From positions 32,001 through 96,000 of IMG/VR virus record IMGVR_UViG_3300020576_003530: a DNA stretch of 64,000 nt; one strand, given 5' to 3'. Origin of the DNA: a virus. Taxonomy: Duplodnaviria; Caudoviricetes. Positions 46,736 to 56,708 of this stretch are shown here, piece after piece. The stretch's first letter is position 1. Every line of letters starts with the position of its first letter. Below the pieces are notes generated by a model. The model was not told where the DNA came from, searched no databases, and saw only the letters and a list, made by a program, of their open reading frames with translations. The position numbers and the translations under genes are program-made.

Positions 46736-47383
46736 ATGTCTAACGAACAAAATCAATCTACCGAGTCATTCCCTACCGTCTACGAACTTCCCTTCTGGAA
46801 GCCCTACCAAGGCAAGGGAGCGGCTTTCATCGTGGAGGCCTCCCTGCGTGGCATCTTCTTCACCTTCATGCCAGAAGGGCCAGGAGAGAAAGAATTTAAT
46901 CCCACACGTAAGGTAGTATTTAAGGTTGGTGCCCCGGATGTGGCAGAAATGCTGGCTGTCCTTGGCGGTTTTAAGGAAGCGGCTGGTCCGCTCGATAAGG
47001 ACGGCAAACCTAAGGGTCTCTATCATAAGAATAGTAAGGGCAACTGTATCTTCCAGATGCAGTATAACGCGGAGAAGAACGGGTTCTATGTTAGTGTGTC
47101 ACAGGACAAAGAGGGTGATAAGAACCGTATTGGGCTCGGTATTTCTCAGCCCGAAGGCATCCTGCTCGCAGAGTTCCTGAAAGCCGTCATGTTGAATGCT
47201 CTGTTCCTGCGTGAACCTTGGAGTAAGGGTGAGCAAGAGCAAGGCAATAATGATGTTCCGGCCAAGCCAGAACCGGCAAAGACTGGTAAGACTACTGCCA
47301 AAACCTCAGTGAATACTAACTCGGCCCCTAAGACTACCAAGACCCCCGTCCCAATTGATACCGGCGAAGATATTCCGTTCTAA
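46736..47383 (+). CDS. single-stranded DNA-binding protein, Whirly-like fold with acidic DIPF tail
   Basis: YQGKGAAF.VE resembles the Whirly KGKAAL motif; flexible linker; C-terminus GEDIPF. Confidence 0.7.
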   Translation: MSNEQNQSTESFPTVYELPFWKPYQGKGAAFIVEASLRGIFFTFMPEGPGEKEFNPTRKVVFKVGAPDVAEMLAVLGGFKEAAGPLDKDGKPKGLYHKNSKGNCIFQMQYNAEKNGFYVSVSQDKEGDKNRIGLGISQPEGILLAEFLKAVMLNALFLREPWSKGEQEQGNNDVPAKPEPAKTGKTTAKTSVNTNSAPKTTKTPVPIDTGEDIPF

Positions 47384-47399
47384 TTTGTCCCTTTCATAG

Positions 47400-47435
47400 C
47401 TGTCCAAGAGTAAAATTGCTCTTGGGCAGTTTTTT
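47400..47435 (+). terminator. intrinsic terminator after the SSB gene
   Basis: CTGTCCAAGAG-loop-CTCTTGGGCAG followed by a T-run. Confidence 0.75.
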
Positions 47436-47459
47436 CTTATCTCTAACAAAGGATTTTTT

Positions 47460-48317
47460 ATGGAATTTCTTGATTCGTGCAATCTGGGATATACTAACAC
47501 CGAATGGCTATCACTTTCGGACATTGCGGTCCTCCCACTGTTCTCACTGTTGCCAAAACCAATGTCCAACAAAATCTCCACGGGCGTCGAATTTGCCCCC
47601 AAATACTACTCGTCCATTCCGTTTGCTAAGATGGGCGGCTTTAACACGATCGTCGAAGCGGGCCAGCAAAATCACATTAGTATTATTGCTCCGGAAGATG
47701 GACAGGACTATCAGGATTATATGGAGGCCATTAAGCAGGCTTATCAGATTAATGCTGCCCCAATTGTGACTGTCGGTTCTAAGGAATCAGACTTAACTCT
47801 GATCGATGAGGTATTAAAACTCAACGAAAATCCCCTAATCCTAATTCGCGAGCCCTATGCTGAGACTCAGGTTATTCTCGAACAAATTACCAGAATCCGT
47901 CGTTCCTACGGTAATAGAATCAACCTCATTGTGGGTGACTTTGTCAATGCCGCCTCCATCATGAATGCTATTAATGCGGGTGTGAGTGGAGTCATTCTAG
48001 GTTCCTCAGGCTTGAAGTCTACCTATGTTCCTGACTTCTCAATTCTCAATTCGGCCCGTAAAATTGTTTACGCAATGAAGAAAAATGTAACTCTATATGT
48101 ACAGATGGACGAGGAAAGTCCTAAGAATGCGGCCACCGCCTTTGCGGCAGGAGCAGATGTAGTGTTACTGAGTAAGCAGGCAAATGTAGATTCATTCACT
48201 AATACTCTGAGAGAGCTTTTATTCCTGACCAACTCCTCCGATCTCGTTCAACTTTACGATAACGCCCGCTTTGTTCGCCTATCTACATCTGGAATGGTAT
48301 ATGCCCGGAATAAGTAA
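47460..48317 (+). CDS. degenerate IMPDH/GMP-reductase-like TIM-barrel protein
   Basis: LSLSDI..LP, KMGGF, LIVGD.V, AG..GV..G, A.A.AAGAD.V.L and A.FVRLS; the catalytic GS.C.T loop is absent. Confidence 0.6.
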   Translation: MEFLDSCNLGYTNTEWLSLSDIAVLPLFSLLPKPMSNKISTGVEFAPKYYSSIPFAKMGGFNTIVEAGQQNHISIIAPEDGQDYQDYMEAIKQAYQINAAPIVTVGSKESDLTLIDEVLKLNENPLILIREPYAETQVILEQITRIRRSYGNRINLIVGDFVNAASIMNAINAGVSGVILGSSGLKSTYVPDFSILNSARKIVYAMKKNVTLYVQMDEESPKNAATAFAAGADVVLLSKQANVDSFTNTLRELLFLTNSSDLVQLYDNARFVRLSTSGMVYARNK

Positions 48318-48627
48318 AGATAAGAAGGAAGTGGAGGTAGGGCAAAGTGTTTACGGACTCGTTACCGATAAACAGGGTCTACCTCACATCATCATCTTTG
48401 ATGTTGTAGAGATTCTACCTGATAATACTGCTAATCTCAAGGGAAGCATTCAGAAAGGCGATTTAGTCTTTGCCCATGCGATCAAGGCTAATTTGTCTGG
48501 TTACTATACTGATAAACAACAATTGGTAGCCGAGCTATACATCAAACACAAACCCATCTGCGATCAATGGAGTAAAATATTCGGCGAGTTTGGATTGACT
48601 GCTGGTCAGGAGGAAATAGAGATATGA
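48300..48627 (+). CDS. hypothetical protein (start approximate)
   Basis: In-frame MPGISKD; ATGA overlap downstream. Confidence 0.5.
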
Positions 48628-49352
48628 TACTTGATAGAGTTACTGTGACCGGAGCAGATGATAGTGTTACACCAGAAGATCTGATAGGATTATCTGTAAG
48701 ATTTCCGTTTGTTGAATGGGGAATTCTACTCTCTAAGAATAACGAAGGCTCTTTTCGCTTTCCAACTCGAATTTGGATTGAAAACCTAGTAAATCAAATT
48801 AATCAACTATCGTTTCACAAACCAAAACTTTCCGGACATATCTGCGGCCGTTGGGTAAGAGATATTTGCGAAGGTCAATGGACAATCGCTACAGAAGTTT
48901 CTCATCTTCTTCATGCTTTCCAAAGATTGCAACTTAATTTTCATGCTCAAGTCCATAGTTTGAATAAGCGAAAATTTTTCTATGGTAGTATGGAATTTCT
49001 AGATAAATATAATTCGGAATTAATTTTCCAAATGGATGATGTCAATAATGCACTTCTTTATGAAGCAAAAGAATTAGGCATCGTCCCAAGTCCACTATTC
49101 GACTTATCAGGAGGGGCCGGTATTCTTCCCTCTTATTGGCCCGCAGCCAAAGAGTTTTATACAGGTTATGCTGGAGGTCTTTCTCCAGATAACGTAACGG
49201 AGCAGATTGAAAAGATTAAATTAGTCGCTCCAAATTCTCGTATTTGGATTGATGTAGAGAGAAGGGTTCGATCAGAAGACGACTCCCGGTTTGATCTCGA
49301 TAAAGTGTATCGTTTTCTTGAGGCGGCAGAACCTTTTGTAACCAAGGTATAA
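48624..49352 (+). CDS. TrpF (PRA isomerase)-like TIM-barrel protein
   Basis: TGADD, VEWG.L, H.CG, RLQLN, LFD.SGG.G, GYAGGL.P.NV and WID.E..VR. Confidence 0.7.
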   Translation: MILDRVTVTGADDSVTPEDLIGLSVRFPFVEWGILLSKNNEGSFRFPTRIWIENLVNQINQLSFHKPKLSGHICGRWVRDICEGQWTIATEVSHLLHAFQRLQLNFHAQVHSLNKRKFFYGSMEFLDKYNSELIFQMDDVNNALLYEAKELGIVPSPLFDLSGGAGILPSYWPAAKEFYTGYAGGLSPDNVTEQIEKIKLVAPNSRIWIDVERRVRSEDDSRFDLDKVYRFLEAAEPFVTKV

Positions 49353-49414
49353 TATGTGATGGAGACAAAAGAGTTAATGTTTGATCAAATCTATGATAAT
49401 CTTCCAGAGGTCCA

Positions 49415-50254
49415 ATGCTACAAACTATAATTTTTAGTAAAAATCGTCCATCCCAACTGTCATACTTTCTACAAAGTCTACAATTCTTAGAGGGTTTAAA
49501 AAACAGTGGTCCTATTACCGTATTATGGACATCAAGTAGTCCAGAAGACTATGATAAGTATCAATTGGTTATCAAATATGCTTCCTATGTTATGGAAGAA
49601 TATAATATAAAATTTGTTGAACAAACCAATTTCTATCAAGATCTTACAACAATTATGGCAGATCATCCGTATACACTATTCGGTGTAGATGATGGTTTAT
49701 ATTATAACTACATTAACATTGATCAATCTATTGATTTCTTAAATAAGAATCCAGCTATTTTTAGCCACAGTCTAAGACTGCATCCAAATGTTACCTATTG
49801 TCATCCAGCGGGACAAGAGAATGTTGTACCAAACATTCATATTGCATATCGATATCCTGGAATTGGATTCTACAATACCCGCCAAGGACGCTACGATTGG
49901 TGCTACGCCTTTGAACTCTGTGCAACAATCCTTCGTACCAACTTTGTACAAGAGGTCTTAGAGCGGTTTAAAACCGATATTGCCAATCCCAATAATTTAG
50001 AGGCCCTAGGTCACACTCTCTGGATCAGTCGCTTATTAGAAGATCCAGATCAGTATTCACATGCTGGTTGCCTCTTATATGAGGCCTTTTGCGTACCAAC
50101 AATCAATCGTGTACAAGATGAGTATAAGAATCCAATTTATACTAATGAAGTAGAAAAGGACAAATTAAGTATATTTACATCACCTAATTATTCTTGGTAT
50201 AGATCACAAAAGTTTAATCGTATCCATGTCCCAGAGTTAAAACTAAATTACTAA
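49415..50254 (+). CDS. putative GT-A-fold glycosyltransferase
   Basis: IIFSKNRP.QL...L.S, F.VDD, SLRL and PN..E. Confidence 0.6.
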   Translation: MLQTIIFSKNRPSQLSYFLQSLQFLEGLKNSGPITVLWTSSSPEDYDKYQLVIKYASYVMEEYNIKFVEQTNFYQDLTTIMADHPYTLFGVDDGLYYNYINIDQSIDFLNKNPAIFSHSLRLHPNVTYCHPAGQENVVPNIHIAYRYPGIGFYNTRQGRYDWCYAFELCATILRTNFVQEVLERFKTDIANPNNLEALGHTLWISRLLEDPDQYSHAGCLLYEAFCVPTINRVQDEYKNPIYTNEVEKDKLSIFTSPNYSWYRSQKFNRIHVPELKLNY

Positions 50255-50258
50255 TACT

Positions 50259-51134
50259 ATGAAATATGCTATTGTAGCTACAGATAATAATCCATCCTAC
50301 TATTTTTATGCCCCAATTGTATCATACTTTTGGAATAAGCTAGGTTATAGGACTTTTATCTTTACCATTAATGATATTCCTGATTTTGTTAAGCAAACTG
50401 CTCGAGATGTAGGCGGTTATTTCTGGAAGCTAGATAAAAACTATCTAGAAAAGCTTAATCCAGAGTTTAAAAAATTACCCGCGGGAAATATGGCGGCATT
50501 TAGTAGACTCTTGGCGGGTATGATTTTAGATAGTGGAGACTATCTTCTCATGTCTGATATTGACATGATTCCACTCGATAAAGAGTTTTTTGACTATACA
50601 TTTCCCAACAATAAGGATATGGATCTCGAGATTTGTGGAGAAGATGCCACAACTGGTGGATATGGTACCACTCGATTTACTATGTGTTATATTGGTGGTC
50701 GCCTTGAATCTTGGGTAAATCTATTTTCTAACTATGGAAAAATTGGATCTCCCATACACTATCTAAAAAGAGTATATGAAGCGATCCCCAACATCTTAGA
50801 CAATCAACCATTTTATCATAGTTTAGATGAACTGCTTGTAACAGAACTCATTCTAACTAGCGGTATGAACTCATCTTTCTGTGCTCGTCCAATGGTAAAA
50901 AACTTAGGATATACAGGTCAGCCTCATGGAGTTCCTGGTATTCTTCCCGAACGACGCATTGATCGCTCTTACTGGGAGTATCAAGAAAAAGCGATTGATG
51001 CTCATTGCCCAAGAGATATATTCAGACCCAATTTTATAAATGATTTTTGCTCTGCCTTGGGTAATAATATCTCATCCAATGATGAACGGTTTCTCCGCAA
51101 TTATCATCAAATTTTTATCGAAACCTTGAAATAA
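50259..51134 (+). CDS. putative glycosyltransferase (DxD)
   Basis: SDIDMIPL, MCY, DE and RIDR. Confidence 0.55.
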   Translation: MKYAIVATDNNPSYYFYAPIVSYFWNKLGYRTFIFTINDIPDFVKQTARDVGGYFWKLDKNYLEKLNPEFKKLPAGNMAAFSRLLAGMILDSGDYLLMSDIDMIPLDKEFFDYTFPNNKDMDLEICGEDATTGGYGTTRFTMCYIGGRLESWVNLFSNYGKIGSPIHYLKRVYEAIPNILDNQPFYHSLDELLVTELILTSGMNSSFCARPMVKNLGYTGQPHGVPGILPERRIDRSYWEYQEKAIDAHCPRDIFRPNFINDFCSALGNNISSNDERFLRNYHQIFIETLK

Positions 51135-51148
51135 AAGAATCTTACACT

Positions 51149-51697
51149 ATGCATAAATTATTCAATATTACAGAATTTGCAACTTTAGGTAGGCTAAAGG
51201 CTCAATTTATTGAGACCGGTTCATATCATGGCGAAGGTATTAAAGCAGCCCTTGATGCTGGTTTTACTCATATTCAATCAATTGAGATAGACAAAGACAG
51301 AAGCGATCATTGTCGAGCAATGTTTAAAGATCGCCCGGAGGTTATCTGTCTTCATGGATCAAGCGATCAACGACTAGAAGAAATGTTGAAATCAACAAAG
51401 GTAGATCAACCGCTTTTTATCTGGCTAGATGCTCATATCAACCTCAACAGCGAAAGTTTTGATCCTACTTGTCAAGTTGCCTGTCCTCTGTATGAAGAAC
51501 TATCAATGATTGCCGCGTTTAACTTTCCCTATCTTGTCATCGCCATTGATGATATGAGAATTATTGAGAAAGATGGATGGGGTATTAATATACTCAAAAC
51601 TAAACTGATTGAATATGCGAAGAAAGCTATTCCTAATGCTAAAATTAGTTATGCCAATGGCGAGGTAGAAAACGACATCATGGTCATTACACAGTGA
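51149..51697 (+). CDS. class I SAM-dependent methyltransferase
   Basis: FIETGSY.G, SIE, G.S, WLDAH, PL.EEL and IDD.R. Confidence 0.8.
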   Translation: MHKLFNITEFATLGRLKAQFIETGSYHGEGIKAALDAGFTHIQSIEIDKDRSDHCRAMFKDRPEVICLHGSSDQRLEEMLKSTKVDQPLFIWLDAHINLNSESFDPTCQVACPLYEELSMIAAFNFPYLVIAIDDMRIIEKDGWGINILKTKLIEYAKKAIPNAKISYANGEVENDIMVITQ

Positions 51698-51704
51698 GGC
51701 TATT

Positions 51705-52508
51705 ATGACTTATCTGAGGCCAGCAATAAGAGTTGAAGATATCATCACGGGTGAGAAATTTAAAGGATTGGCCCAACAGACATATAAATACTATGATAGT
51801 AAAAACAATCTTGCTGGCTGGAATGATAGTCCTATTTATTCCGATACAGAAACTGCAGTAGAATTATTAAGTCTACATAATCTTACCACAATAGCAACTA
51901 CTTTTATTTTCCATAATAGCGATGAAAAATTTTGTACAAATGTATCTAAGTCAGGCACTGTGTTTACTCAAAATTTAGCGGTTCCACACTCATATAATCT
52001 TCACGCTATTCCGATTGGTCTCGAGAACAATCGCTGGTTTCCAGAATTAAGAAAAAAAGAAAAACTACTCAGTGTTCAGGGTCCTGCTATCCGCCTAGCC
52101 TATTTAAACTGCAATATTAATACCAATCGTGCCGAACGAGAGCCGTTATACGAATTATTTAAAGATGCTGAATTTGTCACGCTTAAACACTGTCTTAATG
52201 GCTTCGGCTTTGATCAGTATATTTCAGCCCTCACCGACCACCATTTTGTAATCTCCCCCGAGGGCAATGGTTTGGATTGTCATCGTACATGGGAAGCCCT
52301 GTATGCCGGTCGAATTCCTATTATCAAACGCAATCATCATACCTATATGTATGAGGACCTTCCAGTCCTGATTATTGATAGTTGGGATCAAATTACGAAA
52401 GAACTTCTCCTTCGTACTCTTTCCGACTTTCGTCGTCGTAAGTTTAAACTCTGTAAGCTATACTTTCGTTACTGGCAAGAAAAAATACTAGGATCATCTC
52501 ATGAGTAA
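51705..52508 (+). CDS. exostosin/GT47-like glycosyltransferase
   Basis: IPIGLEN and F.ISPEGNG.DCHRTWEALY.G.IPI. Confidence 0.75.
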   Translation: MTYLRPAIRVEDIITGEKFKGLAQQTYKYYDSKNNLAGWNDSPIYSDTETAVELLSLHNLTTIATTFIFHNSDEKFCTNVSKSGTVFTQNLAVPHSYNLHAIPIGLENNRWFPELRKKEKLLSVQGPAIRLAYLNCNINTNRAEREPLYELFKDAEFVTLKHCLNGFGFDQYISALTDHHFVISPEGNGLDCHRTWEALYAGRIPIIKRNHHTYMYEDLPVLIIDSWDQITKELLLRTLSDFRRRKFKLCKLYFRYWQEKILGSSHE

Positions 52509-53361
52509 TCGCCCCTCTACCATTTGGTTCACAGGCTTTTGGGGCGACTTCAATCCCCACAATAATTATTTTAGAAGTCTATTGCCTGAATGTAAAATCT
52601 CACCCGACAATCCCGATATTGTTTTCTATTCAGTCTTTGGAGGTCCAGATGATCATAAACAGTACCCAAAGGCTCTCAAACTCCACTGGTCAGGCGAAGC
52701 CAGAGAATACAATGTTAACTGGCAGGACGAACTTCTCCTGCGAATTCCCCTATTTTATCTCTATATTGACTGGTTCAATATTCAATCTTGGGGAAATCCT
52801 TCATACCTTGTTCCACTACATAAGTTGTTTACACCGTCACCTATCTCTTCGTCCAAGTTGTTGGCTGCTAATTTCATTCATAACAACATAACAGATAAAA
52901 GACGAGTTGCGTTAGAGCAGCTTAAAAAAGTATTACCTGTTCATTCTTTTGGTTCTGGAATGAATAATATGGGCAAAGTTCTTGGTGGTAATGAGGAAGA
53001 TAAAATTAATCTGCAATCAGACTACCTTTTTACCCTCTGTTTTGAAAACGGGTATCGCTCCGGATATATTACGGAAAAAATCCTTCACGCCCTCGTAGCA
53101 AATACTATTCCTATCTATTATGGTGATGATGCGGTATTGAATTACTTTAATCCTGAAAGAATCATCTATGTAAGAGATGGTATATTGAGGTTAGAACATG
53201 TAGAGAAAATTACTAAGTTACTTGAAGATGAGGACTACAGAAAACACGTTCTCTCTCTTCCCATTATGACTGACATTGGTATGCCGTCATCAGATCGCTC
53301 ACACATTTTAGAGGCTTATGAAAAATATGGTAGCAAAAAAATATCTAATCTCGTTCGGTAG
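52501..53361 (+). CDS. GT10 (alpha-1,3-fucosyltransferase-like)
   Basis: PDIVFYSVFG, W.GE and Y.F.LCFEN...GYITEKI..A..A.TIPIYYG. Confidence 0.85.
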   Translation: MSNRPSTIWFTGFWGDFNPHNNYFRSLLPECKISPDNPDIVFYSVFGGPDDHKQYPKALKLHWSGEAREYNVNWQDELLLRIPLFYLYIDWFNIQSWGNPSYLVPLHKLFTPSPISSSKLLAANFIHNNITDKRRVALEQLKKVLPVHSFGSGMNNMGKVLGGNEEDKINLQSDYLFTLCFENGYRSGYITEKILHALVANTIPIYYGDDAVLNYFNPERIIYVRDGILRLEHVEKITKLLEDEDYRKHVLSLPIMTDIGMPSSDRSHILEAYEKYGSKKISNLVR

Positions 53362-54034
53362 TGAGGGTTATGAGCGGGGTCTATCCTCACTTAAACAATC
53401 CGCTCTCCATTATTTTAATGATATCGTCCTATTTCAACCAAAGGATATTGGGGAGGACTTTAGAGAGGCTAATAAAGAATTATTTAAACATAAGCGAGGA
53501 TATGGTTATTGGGTATGGAAGCCGTATTTCATTCAGCGAATGTTGTCGGTCATTAATGAGGGAGATGTAGTTTTCTACTGCGACTCACTGATAAACTTTG
53601 TAGCAGATCCTGCCTCCGTCATTGAATTCGCCAAACAATCCTCCATTTTAATTGGTACTCAGGAGTATCCAGAAAAGCACTATACTAAGCAGGATACGTT
53701 TCATCTTATGGGTTTGACCGACCCATCCTATCAAGACACCAATCAACGCAATGCCTCTCATCAAATATATGTAAAAAATAATCTTGCGATGGATTTTGTG
53801 AGTGAGTATTTACACTACTGTACAATGCCGCAGGTAGTAAGTGACGCTGTAGTCATGCCTAATCATCCCGACTTCAAAGATCATAGGCACGATCAAAGCA
53901 TTGTGTCATTACTCCATAAGAAGTATAAGATAAAAGAGTTTTCAACTCTGTGTCAATTCGGACACCGATGGAAGCCACAAGACGCCCCAGATTATCAGCA
54001 TATTTTAAATCATCACAGGAATGTCAATGTATAG
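53327..54034 (+). CDS. putative glycosyltransferase
   Basis: RGYGYW.WKPY.I, Y.D, YTK.D and HRHDQS..S.L. Confidence 0.6.
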   Translation: MVAKKYLISFGSEGYERGLSSLKQSALHYFNDIVLFQPKDIGEDFREANKELFKHKRGYGYWVWKPYFIQRMLSVINEGDVVFYCDSLINFVADPASVIEFAKQSSILIGTQEYPEKHYTKQDTFHLMGLTDPSYQDTNQRNASHQIYVKNNLAMDFVSEYLHYCTMPQVVSDAVVMPNHPDFKDHRHDQSIVSLLHKKYKIKEFSTLCQFGHRWKPQDAPDYQHILNHHRNVNV

Positions 54035-54671
54035 TTATCAAACATTTTTTGAAAAAGGCCTCTATCAATATACTACAGAATTATGTCATATCCTACATAA
54101 TCATGGTAGTGATAAATCGGCTGTAGGAGGTAAAAAGCATAACTACGGCAGTTTTTATCATTATTTACTTTCTAATCAACGATTACAAATTGCCAACGTA
54201 TTTGAGTTGGGGCTTGGTACAAATGATACTAGCATCCCTTCCAATATGGGAGGCGGAGGTACTCCTTGTGGTTCCTTAAGGGCTTGGAAAGAGTATTTTC
54301 CTAACGCCACCATCTATGGTGCTGATATCGACGAGAAAATTTTAGTACAAGAAGATCGTATTAAAACCTATTATTGTGATCAGCAAGATCCTGAGTCTAT
54401 CAAGACGATGTGGAATAAAATTGCGTTAAGAATGGATCTTATTATTGATGACGGACTACATACATACAATGCCAATTCATGTTTTATTAATCACTCTCTA
54501 GATAAGCTTAATAATGGTGGTCATTTTATTATCGAAGACATACAGACTGCCCATATTAGTCAATACGAGCAGTTAATATCTGATCTAAGAAAAACTTGCC
54601 AATCTGTCTCGGTTCTTACATTACCTCACTTCAACGACGTCGATAATACCTTACTGGTAGTACAAAAATGA
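54021..54671 (+). CDS. SAM-dependent (sugar O-)methyltransferase
   Basis: GSDK, HNY..FY, FELGLG, SLRAW..YF, GADID, DQ, DLIIDDG.H and IIEDI. Confidence 0.85.
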   Translation: MSMYSYQTFFEKGLYQYTTELCHILHNHGSDKSAVGGKKHNYGSFYHYLLSNQRLQIANVFELGLGTNDTSIPSNMGGGGTPCGSLRAWKEYFPNATIYGADIDEKILVQEDRIKTYYCDQQDPESIKTMWNKIALRMDLIIDDGLHTYNANSCFINHSLDKLNNGGHFIIEDIQTAHISQYEQLISDLRKTCQSVSVLTLPHFNDVDNTLLVVQK

Positions 54672-55204
54672 AAAAAGTCTTCTTTGATATTGGAACAAAT
54701 CTTCTGCAAGGTTTTCGTGAAATTGCAGGTAAATTAAATCTTAATGAGAAAGAGTGGACATATGTATTTGTTGAGCCTAATCCAGACTTTATTGGAACCT
54801 CAGAACATCAAGCTATTTTAGCAATGTCCAACGCGATCTTTTATCCGGCTGCCTTATATGACGCAGATCCTAACGTAAAAGAGTTATCTTTTTTTAAACG
54901 TAAACAAATGGATGATGGTGGCAACGTATTTAATTATAGTGGGCAATTTAGTTGTATGGTCCCCGCTATTAGCATTCAGCAACTCACAAAAGATTTTGTT
55001 AATGATGAGTTATACTTTAAATTTGATTGTGAATTTGCAGAATACGACTCTATTCCTAAATTACTACAATTAAATCTCAACATTAAAAAGATCTTCTGCG
55101 AATTTCATTACAATCCTACATCGTATGACTCGCATCTAATCCTCAAAGCAAACATCATCAAACAAATTCACGATCATCAAATTGAATTTGAAGAATGGCA
55201 CTAA
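54668..55204 (+). CDS. FkbM-family methyltransferase
   Basis: FDIG.N, EPN, K.DCE.AEY and EFH. Confidence 0.8.
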   Translation: MKKVFFDIGTNLLQGFREIAGKLNLNEKEWTYVFVEPNPDFIGTSEHQAILAMSNAIFYPAALYDADPNVKELSFFKRKQMDDGGNVFNYSGQFSCMVPAISIQQLTKDFVNDELYFKFDCEFAEYDSIPKLLQLNLNIKKIFCEFHYNPTSYDSHLILKANIIKQIHDHQIEFEEWH

Positions 55205-56022
55205 TGAGTATCATCAATAATATTAGTAAAAATTGTGAAAACGAGTATCTGGGAGCGATAGCCGATCTTATTAATCTACCTCCCCATTGGGATCTCGTTC
55301 TTTCGGTCTGGTCCCATGATGTACCAGAAACTGGGCGTCCAAAAGTAGTCCTTCTTACTTCCCACGAGGAACATAGTATTCCTAATAAGTGGATAGATCA
55401 TCCCGATGTCAAATTGATTTTTACCCAGTATTTGGGTCCAGCTCACCCTAAACTCTTTGGACTTCCTTTAGGTTGGTCGTCAGGATTTAAGACTGTCTAC
55501 AAACCTATTCGCGATCGCAAATATTTATTCTCCTTTATCGGAGCTATTAACGATAGCGGACGTCGCGAAATGCTACAATCATTATCAAAATTGCCCGAAT
55601 CTATTCGTTCTCAAGGCTTCGTTCATGTCTATGAGGGATGGAATAATGGATTAGGAATTGAGAGATATTCCGAGGTTATGAGTGAGACCAAGATTGCCCT
55701 CTGCCCGCCCGGCTATATTAGTCAGCAATCTTTCCGTTATTTTGAGGCTATGAAGGCTGGATGTCTAATTATTGGGCCAGATTTTACTACTCACAATCTA
55801 TGTAATCGTCTACCTTGGTATGATTACTGTGGTACTAGTTTTCAAAATAATCAATGGCATTTAACTGGAAGTATTTTAGAAACACTTTATCAAACTGTTG
55901 ATAAGCCATTTCCATGGCAAGCTCTAAACGAACGTTTGGTAGCCGACTATATTGATCCCGCTGGACTTGTTACTAACTGGATTCAACCCATCATTAATAC
56001 GGAGTTAAATCTTACTTGCTAA
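55195..56022 (+). CDS. exostosin/GT47-like glycosyltransferase
   Basis: PLG, R.Y.FSF.G and K.ALCP.G....SFR.FEA...GC. Confidence 0.75.
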   Translation: MALMSIINNISKNCENEYLGAIADLINLPPHWDLVLSVWSHDVPETGRPKVVLLTSHEEHSIPNKWIDHPDVKLIFTQYLGPAHPKLFGLPLGWSSGFKTVYKPIRDRKYLFSFIGAINDSGRREMLQSLSKLPESIRSQGFVHVYEGWNNGLGIERYSEVMSETKIALCPPGYISQQSFRYFEAMKAGCLIIGPDFTTHNLCNRLPWYDYCGTSFQNNQWHLTGSILETLYQTVDKPFPWQALNERLVADYIDPAGLVTNWIQPIINTELNLTC

Positions 56023-56708
56023 CTCAAATTATCCATTATACAAAAGTACCAGACAGGTTGTACAAACTTCTGCCTCAGGTAATCAACGCTGGCTTATTAG
56101 ATATTTCGATTGTGGCTGACCTAGATAAAGAGCACCCGTGGATTAATGATTGGCATAGAGAGAATTATGAAGGCGGAGAGGGAAGATCTGCAGCAAAACT
56201 TTGGGGTGAACGTCTCGCTATTGCTAAGTATGACTTCTCGGAGTTTAGACCTCTCCGTCTGGCCGAACTATCTCTAATTTATAAGCACAAACTAGCATGG
56301 GAAAATCTGGCCTACTCCTGCAATGCCTATAGTCTGATATTAGAGGATGATGCGATTATTCAGCCCGCTCTGACCGAGTTTCTATCAAATCCAGCAATCT
56401 TTTCAGACTCCTCTTGGGACATCGTTTATCTGGGCGGGGAATTTCCAAATAGATTTCCTCGTGCTGAACTATATGACGGGAAAGTAATTCTCCAAAATGC
56501 CCCCTCATCTAACTGTACTGATGGATATATCATGAGAACTGATGCTGCACAAAGATTGCTCACCCATATTGAGCGATCGGGCTATCAATGGGTTCTTCCA
56601 TTAGACTTTGAATTGTCGTTTCTAGCTGAGACCCTCGGTTTAAATGTTGGTCATGTTCCCACACCATGTATTCTGCAAGATAAGTCGTTACCGAGTACTG
56701 TGCAATGA
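56016..56708 (+). CDS. GT25-family glycosyltransferase
   Basis: E.S...H..AW, LILEDDA, WDIVYLG, GY.....A..LL and PLD. Confidence 0.8.
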   Translation: MLTQIIHYTKVPDRLYKLLPQVINAGLLDISIVADLDKEHPWINDWHRENYEGGEGRSAAKLWGERLAIAKYDFSEFRPLRLAELSLIYKHKLAWENLAYSCNAYSLILEDDAIIQPALTEFLSNPAIFSDSSWDIVYLGGEFPNRFPRAELYDGKVILQNAPSSNCTDGYIMRTDAAQRLLTHIERSGYQWVLPLDFELSFLAETLGLNVGHVPTPCILQDKSLPSTVQ

